Positions 20,308 through 29,581 are shown, counted from the first letter of the stretch. The stretch: DNA of 64,000 bases from Candidatus Nomurabacteria bacterium GW2011_GWE1_32_28 (GCA_000989515.1 LBOM01000003.1:111833-175832), one strand, 5' to 3'. Program-made: numbers and translations. Notes: a model not told the origin generated them from the letters alone.

Positions 20308-20480
20308 ATAGGTAAGATTATACTATAATATTTTTTAATACAAATTTATAAAAGGTATTAACTATGTTGATAAGCTGTGAATAAAAAGTCTTTTTATTAA
20401 TTTTATTTATGTATTAATAATGTTCTTTTAAAAGACATTAAGGGGTTGTATTATTTTCTTTGTTGTTATAGACTAATAGA

Positions 20481-20615
20481 ATGTCACAAACATATCAACC
20501 AAAAAAGAGAAAAAGAGCCAAAACTCATGGTTTTTTAGTTAGATCTAAAACCAAAACAGGTAAAAATGTACTCTTAAGAAGAAGGAGAAAGGGACGTGCC
20601 AAGCTTTCTGTTTAG
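20481..20615 (+). CDS. rpmH: 50S ribosomal protein L34
   Basis: [44 protein letters not shown], 44 aa, below the ORF-track cutoff. It sits at the canonical position before rnpA. Confidence 0.85.
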   Translation: MSQTYQPKKRKRAKTHGFLVRSKTKTGKNVLLRRRRKGRAKLSV

Positions 20616-20684
20616 TTTTATCTGATGCTGAACTTTTAATTATTGGAAACATAAAAAGATTATTAATAAAGTTTTGTTTTTCAG

Positions 20685-21014
20685 ATGCTTTTAAAAAAAA
20701 ATAGAGTTGATAAAAGAGATATAGACCTTATTTTTAAAAAAGGAAATTTTATTAGTTTACCTAGTTTTACTTTTAAATTTATATTAAATAATAATAATTC
20801 TATCAAACCGCGTGTTTCTTTTATTGTATCTAAAAAAATAGTGAGACTCGCTGTTAGAAGAAACTCTTTAAGAAGAAGAGGTTATTCTGTTTTAAAAAAG
20901 TATATTAATCAATTCCCTCTTGGAATATTGGGTGTTTTTATTTTTAAAAAACCCCAGGAGAATATTTTAATAATCGAAAATGAAATTAAAGATACACTCA
21001 ATAAAATTAATTAA
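20685..21014 (+). CDS. rnpA: RNase P protein component
   Basis: 109 aa, basic. The FKF...RVSFIVSKKIVRLAVRRNSLRRR pattern (RNR motif region) is typical of RnpA. Confidence 0.8.
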   Translation: MLLKKNRVDKRDIDLIFKKGNFISLPSFTFKFILNNNNSIKPRVSFIVSKKIVRLAVRRNSLRRRGYSVLKKYINQFPLGILGVFIFKKPQENILIIENEIKDTLNKIN

Positions 21015-21228
21015 TTTTTATCAAAAGTTTTTATCACCTGTAATTACTGGGTTTTTGGATTATTTTGGATTATTAAAGAACAATTCATGTGTTTTTTATC
21101 CAACTTGCTCAGAATATACAAAAGAGGCTATAAAAAAGTATGGTATTTTGAAGGGCTCATGTCTTGGTTTTTTAAGAATTCTTCGTTGTCACCCATGGCA
21201 AAAGAACCACATAGATCAACTGAAATAA
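20980..21228 (+). CDS. yidD: Membrane protein insertion efficiency factor YidD
   Basis: FYQKFLSP...CVFYPTCSEYTKEAIKKYG...RILRCHPW is the YidD signature. The true start is probably an internal Met. Confidence 0.75.
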   Translation: MKLKIHSIKLINFYQKFLSPVITGFLDYFGLLKNNSCVFYPTCSEYTKEAIKKYGILKGSCLGFLRILRCHPWQKNHIDQLK

Positions 21229-21277
21229 TTAACAATTTCAAATTATGAATTATAAATTTAGAAATGTATTTGTATTT

Positions 21278-21312
21278 TAATTCGTAATTGATAATTCGTA
21301 ATTTGTAATTGA
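21278..21312. repeat. Heptad repeat between yidD and yidC (opposite orientation to the 12444 copy)
   Basis: tgtattttaattcgtaattgataattcgtaatttgtaattg, including the recurrent TGTATTTTAA flank. Confidence 0.8.
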
Positions 21313-21334
21313 ATCAATTTTCGTATAGAATAAG

Positions 21335-22066
21335 ATGATGTTAACTAATATTTGGGATACCATATTATATGGACCACTTTTAAATGCCTTGGCCTTTTTG
21401 GTTTCAATTATTCCTGGTGGTGATGTCGGTGTAGCTATTGTCATACTTACTCTTTTTGTTAAAACTATACTCTTTCCACTATCCCAGCGTTCTATTGAAA
21501 GCCAAATGAAGATGAATTTACTTGCCCCAGAACTTAAAAAAATAAAAGATAGTGGTAAAAGTAAAGAAGAACAAGCAAAACAAACTTTTGAATTATATAA
21601 GAATAATAAGACAAATCCTTTTTCTGGATGTCTTCTAGTTTTAATTCAAATTCCTATAATTTTTGCTCTTTATTATGTTTTTTTAAAAGGAATAAATCTT
21701 GAAAGTGGATTACTTTATTCGTTTATTAATCCACCAGAACATATAAATATGCTTTTTTTTGGTATTCTTGATATTGGTCAAAAAAGTATTGTTTTGGCTG
21801 TGCTTGCTGGTGTTTCTCAATATTTCCAGGCACGACTTATGCCTAAACCTGTCATTTCAGATGATAAAAATAGTTCTTTCCAAAATAATTTTGCCAAGAG
21901 TATGAGCACCCAAATGAAATATGTCTTTCCTTTTGTTATTGCATTTATTGCATACAGCATTTCTGGTGCGGTTGCATTATATTGGATTACGAGTAATATA
22001 TTTGCTGTAGGGCAACAGATGTATGCAAACAGAAAAAAGGAAATGGCACTTGAGGTTGTTAAATAA
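21335..22066 (+). CDS. yidC: Membrane protein insertase YidC (short form)
   Basis: 243 aa, multi-TM. The conserved hydrophilic-groove region is KQTFELYKNNKTNPFSGCLLVLIQIPIIFALY. Confidence 0.85.
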   Translation: MMLTNIWDTILYGPLLNALAFLVSIIPGGDVGVAIVILTLFVKTILFPLSQRSIESQMKMNLLAPELKKIKDSGKSKEEQAKQTFELYKNNKTNPFSGCLLVLIQIPIIFALYYVFLKGINLESGLLYSFINPPEHINMLFFGILDIGQKSIVLAVLAGVSQYFQARLMPKPVISDDKNSSFQNNFAKSMSTQMKYVFPFVIAFIAYSISGAVALYWITSNIFAVGQQMYANRKKEMALEVVK

Positions 22067-22070
22067 TATT

Positions 22071-22580
22071 ATGAATAAAAATGAAATTCAAAATTTAATA
22101 AAAGAACTTATAGAAAGGACCACAATATCTGTAAATAAAATTACCACAGATGAAGATAAGCCAGCCACTCTTCGTTCTGATCAAGACAATACTACGTGGT
22201 TTTCTGTGGAAGTAAATCAACCACATTATTTTTGGGATCGTGGAGGAGAAGCACTTTTTGCTATAAATCATTTAGTTCGCAGAATAATTGAAAACAAAAC
22301 TTCTCACAATGAAGAGTTAAACGAAAAACAACGTGGTCTTGGTATTCTGGTTGATGTTAATGGTTTTCAAAAGAAACGCATAGAGAATATTCATGCCACA
22401 GCACACATGATGGCAGAAAGAGCTAGATATTTTAAATCAAACATAGAGATTGATCCAATGCCAGCTTTTGAACGCAGGATAGTTCATGAATTTTTATCTG
22501 ACGCGACTGATTTGAAAACTGAATCACAAGGTGAGGGTTTTTCTCGTAGGGTAGTTATAAAGTACACGGGCTCAATTTAA
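22071..22580 (+). CDS. jag: Jag-like KH/R3H RNA-binding protein
   Basis: C-terminal R3H motif (RRIVHEFLSD...GEGFSRRVVIKY) in the canonical position after yidC. The start is taken at the ATG after the yidC stop. Confidence 0.75.
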   Translation: MNKNEIQNLIKELIERTTISVNKITTDEDKPATLRSDQDNTTWFSVEVNQPHYFWDRGGEALFAINHLVRRIIENKTSHNEELNEKQRGLGILVDVNGFQKKRIENIHATAHMMAERARYFKSNIEIDPMPAFERRIVHEFLSDATDLKTESQGEGFSRRVVIKYTGSI

Positions 22581-22650
22581 AATTACGAATTACGAATGAT
22601 CAATTGGGAATTCAAATTTAGGCATCTTTTTCAATTCGTAATTCGTAATT
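22581..22650. repeat. Inverted pair of heptad repeats forming a 17-bp-stem hairpin between convergent jag and the island's last gene
   Basis: AATTACGAATTACGAAT at 22581-22597 and ATTCGTAATTCGTAATT at 22634-22650 are perfect reverse complements, separated by 36 nt. Confidence 0.7.
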
Positions 22651-22682
22651 TGAAATTCTTAATTAATTAAAATAGATCTTAT

Positions 22683-24029
22683 TTATTTTGATTGTAGTTC
22701 CCAGAGATAAGAATCTTTTTTATTTATAAAAAATAGAAAATTTTCATCTTTATCTAATCCTAATTTTATACCATCTATCTCTTCCCCGTCCTCAACTGAA
22801 AGAGGGTCTATTATTTTTGTGGTAACTCCACTTTGAATATTTATTTTCCAGATTTCATCTGAGAAAGAAACTTCACCTTGATACCAAGAATCTGGATAAG
22901 TTAGATTATCTATATATTTAGGTACAGCACAATAAATAGTATCACTTTTGGATCCCCATGTACACTTTTCTGGTAGTGTCTTTAATCCGATCATATTATA
23001 ATCTCCTGTGCTTATATTAAAGACACTTAACGATAGGTTGTTGTCACCATAGAGAACTATTTCTCCGTTTGGGCTTGTTAAGGTAGTTAATCCATTTATT
23101 CCGCCCAATATTTTATCGAAGTCTTTTTTTTCTGTGTCTATTTTATACATATATCCAGGAACGTTGTATGAAGGTTTTGTTGTGACTGTAATTATTTTTT
23201 CATTAGGCCAGAAAGATAACCATTCTGTGAAAGATGAGTCAAATGCTTGAATTTTTGTATCTGATTGTAAAGATTGAATTATTCCAATTATATTATTTTC
23301 TACATTAAATAAATAAAATATTTTTTCTGTATTAGGAGAGATGCTTATATCAGAAACATTCTCTGGTAAAAATGAACCGTTTATTTCGTTCATTCCTATT
23401 GAATCTGCCCCTAAATATTCTTTTGGAAGAGTACCCATAAAAGTTTCTACTGTTTTATTATCTTTTTTAAAATATCTCATCATTATTGATTCTCCATTGT
23501 TTCCAAAAAAAGCATCATATACCTTAGGTATCATAGTAGAAGAGAATTTACGTTCATCTATTCTGTCTGCAAAAGTTTGATAAATATTTCCTGTAAATTT
23601 GTTTACATACCTTAATGCTGGTAAAAATTCTGTTGGTGGAGATATTGGTGTTGTTTCTACTTTTTCGATATTTGTTTTCTCTTCACCTGTATCGGTTGGT
23701 GTTGGGTTTGGATCTACTATGTTTTTAAATCTTTCTTTCGTAAATATTCCATAACCGGCTATTGGGAAGCTAGAAACCTTTTTTAATATTGAATTTTGAA
23801 TGTCTCCTTCTGATGTAGGTATATAACCAGAAACATCGACTGGTTGTGTTGTGTCTCCAGTGTTTGTATTTTTATTATTACCAAATGGTAAAAAATCTGA
23901 AAGGAAATTTATACTTTCTGTTACAACGCCACCTTGATTTGTTGGTTTATAAAAATAAAGAAATACAAAAGCACCGATTGTGATTATTAATAAAACTATT
24001 GTGAATAATATAATGTTTCTTTTTGACAT
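22683..24029 (-). CDS. Membrane-anchored secreted protein (N-terminal TM, Pro/Thr linker, beta-rich domain)
   Basis: 448 aa. Single N-terminal TM (ILFTIVLLIITIGAFVFLYFY), then a PTPTDTGEE linker. This is the first gene of the minus-strand island. Confidence 0.55.
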   Translation of the reverse strand: MSKRNIILFTIVLLIITIGAFVFLYFYKPTNQGGVVTESINFLSDFLPFGNNKNTNTGDTTQPVDVSGYIPTSEGDIQNSILKKVSSFPIAGYGIFTKERFKNIVDPNPTPTDTGEEKTNIEKVETTPISPPTEFLPALRYVNKFTGNIYQTFADRIDERKFSSTMIPKVYDAFFGNNGESIMMRYFKKDNKTVETFMGTLPKEYLGADSIGMNEINGSFLPENVSDISISPNTEKIFYLFNVENNIIGIIQSLQSDTKIQAFDSSFTEWLSFWPNEKIITVTTKPSYNVPGYMYKIDTEKKDFDKILGGINGLTTLTSPNGEIVLYGDNNLSLSVFNISTGDYNMIGLKTLPEKCTWGSKSDTIYCAVPKYIDNLTYPDSWYQGEVSFSDEIWKINIQSGVTTKIIDPLSVEDGEEIDGIKLGLDKDENFLFFINKKDSYLWELQSK

Positions 24030-24040
24030 AAAAATTAATT

Positions 24041-25417
24041 TTATTTAAAAGCCGAAGCACAAGCTGCTTTATCTCCAACCCAATCACCCTTGTTTGGATT
24101 TGCAGTAAGTAATTTTTTTGCTATGTTTAAGTTTGTCGCAGGATCTAATAATCTAGCCTTACAAGTATTATAAAGAGCTTCTTTTCCTGATAATAGACTA
24201 CACGTAAAACCACTAGTATATTTTGGTGCTATTGCGTCTTTTGATGATACTGGTCTATCAAACAAACCAACACAATCTGCTCCTGCAAGACTACCATTTG
24301 CTGCTAAATTAACCTGAAACAAACCAAAAGAAAAAGGTAGACTTTTTCCTGGTGGTTTACAATAGTCAGTACCACTACTAATAGGCCTACCCCCGCTTTC
24401 CATATTACAGATTTTTGACATAGCTGTTGCTGTTGCTGTATCGACTCCAAGAGCAGTGGTTAGATTTGTAACAGAACAAGGGCCTGATGTTAGTGGGGTA
24501 CAATTAATACTTTCACCACTTGCTTGTTTTGGATCATTTATACCTCTGTCATATAGAGGTTGTATTGTTATCTCTGCCTTAGGTAGATTATCCAAACAGG
24601 CGCTGAGCAATTGTGGATTTATTGTGTTTAAAATAAGGTAAGCACCCAATGCTATTAAAAGGCCGAATATCGCATTTTTTACTGTTTCTTTTCCAGCTTC
24701 TTTTCCTGATATTAATTCACTAGACATATACTCTACTCCCCCCATTGTGATCATTACCATGGCGAGTACTGCAGCCATACCAATGATTATTTTGATCATT
24801 ATGTTTAAATAGTTTCCAAACGGGCATGCATTTTTACTTGAATCTGTTTCAAATTCAGTTGGAAGTCCAGGTAAAGAAACCAGTGGAGTATATACTGTGT
24901 TTGTATCTATTCCTTTTCCATTATCTTTTATTGTTTCAGGTGCTGTACATACATTATTAATTATTTTTTCTGATGGGTCACAAACCTTTAGTGAAGTGGA
25001 GGCTGTATAAAAACCCTCGGATCCCTCTGTTGTTAAGGCTGTTGCTTCTATTTTTATGTCTCCAGAAAGTCCATCTGTGTTAAAACTAACATAGCAAGAT
25101 CTAACCCTTGGCGCTGTTGTTAATCCACTTGTGTTGGCTGAAATTGTGCATTTTGCATCTTCAGGTGTGAATCTAAGGTTGGTAAGCACCCCGGAGACAA
25201 TACCAAAAGAAATTGTTTCTCCACCAACAGGTGTAAAGATTTTAGCTGTTATTCTAGAACTCCCACCATTTATTACTGGTTGTTCTGCTTCTATTATAAA
25301 AGGAGTACTTTCATTTGGTTCTCCTGCATAAGTTTTATTAAAAGGAGTAAATAAACTAAATATAAATATTAGTAAATATGTAGAGGCTATTATTTTTTTA
25401 AATGTATTTAATTGCAT
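24041..25417 (-). CDS. Secreted protein with a TrbC/VirB2-pilin-like double-TM hairpin and a C-terminal SLT lytic transglycosylase-like (VirB1-like) domain
   Basis: Signal peptide. Central segment IIIGMAAVLAMVMITMGGVEYMSSELISGKEAGKETVKNAIFGLLIALGAYLIL has two hydrophobic helices with a short charged loop, as in conjugative pilins. The C-terminus has ICNMESGG...FSFGLFQVN, resembling the SLT E-S...GLMQ motif. Many Cys residues. Confidence 0.5.
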   Translation of the reverse strand: MQLNTFKKIIASTYLLIFIFSLFTPFNKTYAGEPNESTPFIIEAEQPVINGGSSRITAKIFTPVGGETISFGIVSGVLTNLRFTPEDAKCTISANTSGLTTAPRVRSCYVSFNTDGLSGDIKIEATALTTEGSEGFYTASTSLKVCDPSEKIINNVCTAPETIKDNGKGIDTNTVYTPLVSLPGLPTEFETDSSKNACPFGNYLNIMIKIIIGMAAVLAMVMITMGGVEYMSSELISGKEAGKETVKNAIFGLLIALGAYLILNTINPQLLSACLDNLPKAEITIQPLYDRGINDPKQASGESINCTPLTSGPCSVTNLTTALGVDTATATAMSKICNMESGGRPISSGTDYCKPPGKSLPFSFGLFQVNLAANGSLAGADCVGLFDRPVSSKDAIAPKYTSGFTCSLLSGKEALYNTCKARLLDPATNLNIAKKLLTANPNKGDWVGDKAACASAFK

Positions 25418-25422
25418 TATTT

Positions 25423-25484
25423 ATTCGTAATTAATTTTTTTGTATTTTAAATTCGTAATTCGTAATTGATAATTCGTAATTGAT
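25423..25484. repeat. Heptad repeat element upstream of the 24041-25417 gene
   Basis: ttttgtattttaaattcgtaattcgtaattgataattcgtaattgattt. In gene sense it reads ...AATTACGAATTACGAATTTAAAATACAAAA, resembling TTACGA-17nt-TAAAAT. Confidence 0.8.
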
Positions 25485-26474
25485 TTAAAAACTAACCTCT
25501 ATTTGTTTACTCATGCTTTGGAAAAGTGTATTTATATTGTTAATATCAATTTTAATTGTAGCATTTCCAGATTGTCCGGCTTCTGGTTTTATAGATAATA
25601 TATTTTTAGGATTTGGTGTTTCTATTTGTTCTTTATTTAAAAACCAATCAAACTTAAGACTTGAAGAATTTAAGTTTTTAGGAGAAAAAAAGTATGGTTC
25701 TATGGTAAGTATCTCTCCATTTGGGTTTATTCTGAATCCATTACTTAAAGCTGTTTCCCATCTTGTACCAGATTCTGGATCATTTTTATAAAAAATGATT
25801 TTAGGATTTGTTGTTTTTAGGGTTATTTTTCCAGAGGCATTTGTATATCCAGATATATCAGATACTTGTACTTCTATGACATTATCTTTATCTAGGTAGC
25901 TATTTATGAAAGTAAAAGAATTCTTACCCCACCCAGAAGATTTTGTCTGTATCTTGCCATCCTTTTTCCATGTGTAAGACAAATTGTTTATGTTTACTTT
26001 TCCATCTTGGTTTATCAAATTTGGTATTGCTGTTACTTTAAATGTTCCTTGACTTGGCGCTAATGCTTTTCCTTTATAAAATGGCGGGACATAAGAATCA
26101 GAGGCCTCCCATAGCATATCTACGTTTGCTGGGTTTATTGTTGTTGTTTTTAATATATTTTGTCCATCAATCGTATCTATTGATACAGACAAGATAGTAG
26201 AATATCCCATATCTTCCATCTTGAAATAAAAAGATTTTTTTCCAATGCCACTATTTTTTTCTTGACCATTTATTGACCAGACTATGTTTGCTTTATCAAG
26301 ATCGGTAGAGTAGCTGTTTAGTGTGGCAGTCACATCTTCTTTTGATTCTGGGTGTTCTGGTGAAATAGTTAAAACAAGATCTGTGCTACGTATTTGTGCA
26401 TTAGCAAAAAATCCTGCAAAAGCTATCATTAGTATGAGTGTAATTATTAAATTTTTATAATTTTTCTTCTGCAT
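25485..26474 (-). CDS. Secreted beta-rich protein
   Basis: 329 aa with an N-terminal signal peptide MQKKNYKNLIITLILMIAFAGFFANA. Confidence 0.5.
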   Translation of the reverse strand: MQKKNYKNLIITLILMIAFAGFFANAQIRSTDLVLTISPEHPESKEDVTATLNSYSTDLDKANIVWSINGQEKNSGIGKKSFYFKMEDMGYSTILSVSIDTIDGQNILKTTTINPANVDMLWEASDSYVPPFYKGKALAPSQGTFKVTAIPNLINQDGKVNINNLSYTWKKDGKIQTKSSGWGKNSFTFINSYLDKDNVIEVQVSDISGYTNASGKITLKTTNPKIIFYKNDPESGTRWETALSNGFRINPNGEILTIEPYFFSPKNLNSSSLKFDWFLNKEQIETPNPKNILSIKPEAGQSGNATIKIDINNINTLFQSMSKQIEVSF

Positions 26475-26493
26475 TTTTACTTTGTATCTTAAA

Positions 26494-26596
26494 CTCGTAA
26501 TTAATTTAATTATATCATTCGTAATTAATAATTCGTAATTGACCTCCCCTTTTTCTTTTTTAAATTCGTAATTCGTAATTGTTAATTCGTAATTGA
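26494..26596. repeat. Extended heptad repeat tract (~100 nt)
   Basis: aaactcgtaattaatttaattatatcattcgtaattaataattcgtaattgacc...taaattcgtaattcgtaattgttaattcgtaattgatt. Confidence 0.8.
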
Positions 26597-26606
26597 TTAT
26601 ATATTA

Positions 26607-28445
26607 TTATTTTCCGTCTGCTTCTTCTAGGTCTTGTTTTGCTTTTTTTATGGACAAAATTTGAGAAGGATCAGATGTTATTATTTGGTCTTCTGTGTAG
26701 GAGGATATTATTTTTATAGCAACATGTTTTAATCCTGCAAAAAATATTCCTTCCCCTACCCCAGACTCTAAAAGAAGATATTTTTCTTCGTCGGTAAGAT
26801 TGAATGTCTTTTGAAGAATATCTATGGTTGTTGGAGACTGTTTTAAAAGAATCTGTATGGAAGAGTTTGTTATTATAGGAATACCATAAGGAGATTTCAT
26901 AAAGTCTGCTGCATCTTGTGTAATAGTAGAAAGACCTAAATAATATTTTCTACCTCTTTTTGCCATAGAGTATAAGAAAGAAGCTGTATCTTCTGATTTC
27001 ATCATCCACCATGCTTCATCTACAACCAACAGGCGTTTTTTTAGATTTTTTCGTATTGTTATCCATATATAGTGCATGACTATATACATTGCAACTGGTT
27101 TTAATTCGTCTTCCATGTCTCTCACAGAAAATACTACAAATTTCTTATTTATGTCTACATTTGATGGTCTATTTAAAAAAGTAGACCAAGTGCCTTTTGT
27201 ATATTTTACCAATCTTTGCATAATAGAATCACTTCCCTCCATACCAGCTAGCACCATCTCAAAATCTGAAAGGAGCGGTGGTTCTATATTTGAAAAATTT
27301 GAATCAGGGGTTATGTCTTTCATTGCATAGGTCTCTGAAATAGCACGGTCAACCATTGAGTCTTCTTCTGGTGAGAGTCCTCCAAGCATTAGTCTAAAGA
27401 GCCCTACTAAGTTTATAATGTTTGACCTTAGTACATCTTCATTTGATTCGTCTTCACGTGGTATTGGTAAATCAAAAGGATTAATGTGGTGGTCTGAAGA
27501 AAGAGAAATATTGAAATACCTTCCACCGACAGCTTCAGCCAAATATTCATATTCCCTTTCAGGGTCTATTACTATTACATCTACGTCAAACATTAAAGAT
27601 CTTAATATTTCTAATTTTGTTGCATAACTTTTTCCTGAACCAGATTTTGCAAATGTTACAGAGTTGTAGTTTTCTAATGAAAATCTATCGAAAATAACTA
27701 AACTTGAATTGTGTCTATTTACACCATACAGTATTCCATTATCAGAAGTTAGATCAAAGGAAACAAATGGAAATACACTAGAAAGAGGCTCTGAATTTAA
27801 TTTCTGGTGAATATTTAGTAGATCATTACCGAGAGGCATTACACTTTTAAAACCTTCTTCTTGTTGGAAAATTGCTGGTTTAATATATATTAATTTTGAT
27901 TCTAGTATTGATTTTATTTCATTTTCAATTTTAAAAAGTTCGAGTTCATTGTCAGCATAGACTGTTATATAAATACTAACGTCAAACATTTTTTGTTGTG
28001 CTTGAATCAGGTTATCTCTCAAGCCTTCTAGGTCTTGGTATGCAGTATCAAGCATTGGGTCACGAACCATACCTTTCTTTTCACGTACATTTATTTGACT
28101 TTGTACCTCAGCTACCTTTTTTTGAAATTGTCGTAGTGCTAAAGATGTATCTATTGGGTGAATAAATATTGAAACATCAAAAACTTTATCTAGATTAATT
28201 ATTGGAGAAAACCAATTGTCACTTAAGAATCTAGGATAAGAAATAATAAAAAAAGTACGAGCTATCTTATCACCCAGATTAATAGATTTTGACTCTATTT
28301 TTAATGCCGAAGGGGCGACTATGTCTTGGAGCTCTAATTTTGCTGATTCATAGATTTCTTCTGGTAGTACTGCTAAAACTGAAGCATTTGCTCCTTTGTT
28401 TGTATCTGTATTCTTTTTTCCTAATAAGTTATCTAAAAATGACAT
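26607..28445 (-). CDS. VirB4/TrbE-family type IV secretion ATPase (C-terminal ATPase part)
   Basis: 612 aa. Walker A VTFAKSGSGKSYATKL and VirB4-type Walker B RLLVVDEAWWMM. Overall VirB4/CagE architecture. Confidence 0.8.
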   Translation of the reverse strand: MSFLDNLLGKKNTDTNKGANASVLAVLPEEIYESAKLELQDIVAPSALKIESKSINLGDKIARTFFIISYPRFLSDNWFSPIINLDKVFDVSIFIHPIDTSLALRQFQKKVAEVQSQINVREKKGMVRDPMLDTAYQDLEGLRDNLIQAQQKMFDVSIYITVYADNELELFKIENEIKSILESKLIYIKPAIFQQEEGFKSVMPLGNDLLNIHQKLNSEPLSSVFPFVSFDLTSDNGILYGVNRHNSSLVIFDRFSLENYNSVTFAKSGSGKSYATKLEILRSLMFDVDVIVIDPEREYEYLAEAVGGRYFNISLSSDHHINPFDLPIPREDESNEDVLRSNIINLVGLFRLMLGGLSPEEDSMVDRAISETYAMKDITPDSNFSNIEPPLLSDFEMVLAGMEGSDSIMQRLVKYTKGTWSTFLNRPSNVDINKKFVVFSVRDMEDELKPVAMYIVMHYIWITIRKNLKKRLLVVDEAWWMMKSEDTASFLYSMAKRGRKYYLGLSTITQDAADFMKSPYGIPIITNSSIQILLKQSPTTIDILQKTFNLTDEEKYLLLESGVGEGIFFAGLKHVAIKIISSYTEDQIITSDPSQILSIKKAKQDLEEADGK

Positions 28446-28448
28446 CTT

Positions 28449-28476
28449 CTTAATTCATAGTTCCTAATTGTTAATT
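28449..28476. repeat. Heptad-family repeat separating the two VirB4 parts
   Basis: ttaattcatagttcctaattgttaattcttaattga occupies the 32-nt gap between the stop of the N-terminal part (28478) and the ATG of the ATPase part (28445). The two parts are in different frames. Confidence 0.7.
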
Positions 28477-28477
28477 C

Positions 28478-29143
28478 TTAATTGATTTCAATTTTTCCCT
28501 CTAATTCTCCAGGGTTAAAAACTTTGTAGAATACTTCTACTACTTCTTCTGTTCCCAGCTGTGCTGATTTTATACCACAACGTGAAAGACCTTGTTGTAT
28601 TACACTCACTCTTTGTTCTAGTTGTGATCTTTTTTCTTCAAAATCAAGTTGGTTTTTCATTTCTTCTTCCTTTTTATTTCTTTTTGAAAACAAATTTGTA
28701 AACATTCCAGATTTTGGACCGAGGTTTGTGTGAGTATAAGGAATCACAACAAAGAAATTCTTTGTCATTATACTTACAGACTCCGTAAAGTTTTTTATAA
28801 ACTCCATATATTCTTTTGTTTGTAATTTGAGTAATGGTTCACTTTGTACTTTCATCCTATTTTCTAAAAGCAAGAGATATCTTCTGATGTCTAATTTTCT
28901 TGATTGTATGGATATTTGTACAGAAAAATCTAATGTGTTTAAAAAGTTTTGAAATTGAAGTATCGTTGCTCTTTGTTCATCGTCTGATTTTAAAGACAAA
29001 TTTACTGAATTTGCAAGTATAATTGCCCTGATTCCTCCATCTTTTAAAACGACAATACCATCACGGACTTCCTTGATTGGTACAAATTCTTGAGTTGGTT
29101 TTGCATTTATCATTTTTTTAAGTCTAGGACATCTAAGCTCCAA
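28478..29143 (-). CDS. VirB4 N-terminal domain-like protein (split from the ATPase part, or a genuine two-gene arrangement)
   Basis: 221 aa. PIKEVRDGIVVLKDGGIRAIILANSVNLSLKSDDEQRA matches the conserved VirB4 N-terminal region. Together with the next ORF it totals 833 aa, a typical VirB4 length. Confidence 0.55.
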   Translation of the reverse strand: MELRCPRLKKMINAKPTQEFVPIKEVRDGIVVLKDGGIRAIILANSVNLSLKSDDEQRATILQFQNFLNTLDFSVQISIQSRKLDIRRYLLLLENRMKVQSEPLLKLQTKEYMEFIKNFTESVSIMTKNFFVVIPYTHTNLGPKSGMFTNLFSKRNKKEEEMKNQLDFEEKRSQLEQRVSVIQQGLSRCGIKSAQLGTEEVVEVFYKVFNPGELEGKIEIN

Positions 29144-29520
29144 GCTAAATCTCTTAATTTGCTTCCACTTAATTGTCTTCTATCATTCGTAATTATCTTC
29201 TCTTTATTCGTAATTCGTAATTGTTCATTCGTAATTTTATTCATATGTCTTTTCCAGATATAAAGTTTGTCTTGCATTGCGAATTTCAATCCAGATTCAA
29301 TCATATCAATGAAAGGTTTACCATTTGGATGATAAAATGTGAGCAAGGCTGATAATCCTGCAATTATTAGTATTGGTATGGCACCGAGCCATATTCCTAA
29401 TGATTTAAATAATATATAACATATTCCAGCACCACCTGCTAAATAGGCAAATTCTTTAAAAGTGAATGGGCCAAAAATTTTGTCTTCTATTTCTAAAAAT
29501 TGTGGAACCTTGAATTGCAT
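29110..29520 (-). CDS. VirB3-like small membrane protein, with C-terminus extended by translated heptad repeat
   Basis: 136 aa. Two TM helices (EFAYLAGGAGICYILFKSLGIWLGAIPILIIAGLSALLTF) lie directly upstream of VirB4. The C-terminal ...ITNEQLRITNKEKIITND is encoded by AATTCGT repeats and overlaps the next gene. Confidence 0.4.
   Translation of the reverse strand: MQFKVPQFLEIEDKIFGPFTFKEFAYLAGGAGICYILFKSLGIWLGAIPILIIAGLSALLTFYHPNGKPFIDMIESGLKFAMQDKLYIWKRHMNKITNEQLRITNKEKIITNDRRQLSGSKLRDLAWSLDVLDLKK
29184..29237. repeat. Heptad repeat inside the 3' end of the VirB3-like ORF
   Basis: cattcgtaattatcttctctttattcgtaattcgtaattgttcattcgtaatttt. Confidence 0.8.
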
Positions 29521-29581
29521 ACTGGGTAGTTAAAAGTTTATAAAGTTTGTAAAGTCATAAAGTTAACTGATGAAGTTTAAA
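29521..29581. repeat. Second repeat family: (AAAGTTTAT / CATAAAGTT)-type nonamer tandem
   Basis: aaagtttataaagtttgtaaagtcataaagttaactgatgaagtttaaaag. Related tracts lie at 29950-29990 (actttatgaactttatgaactttatgaac) and 34190-34230. Confidence 0.7.

Noticed and set aside
28445-28480. UGA-recoding (code 25 / Gracilibacteria-type) readthrough joining the two VirB4 parts
   Set aside because: Reading through the TGA hits TAG eight codons later and the downstream ATG is in another frame. All other long genes terminate normally in code 11.
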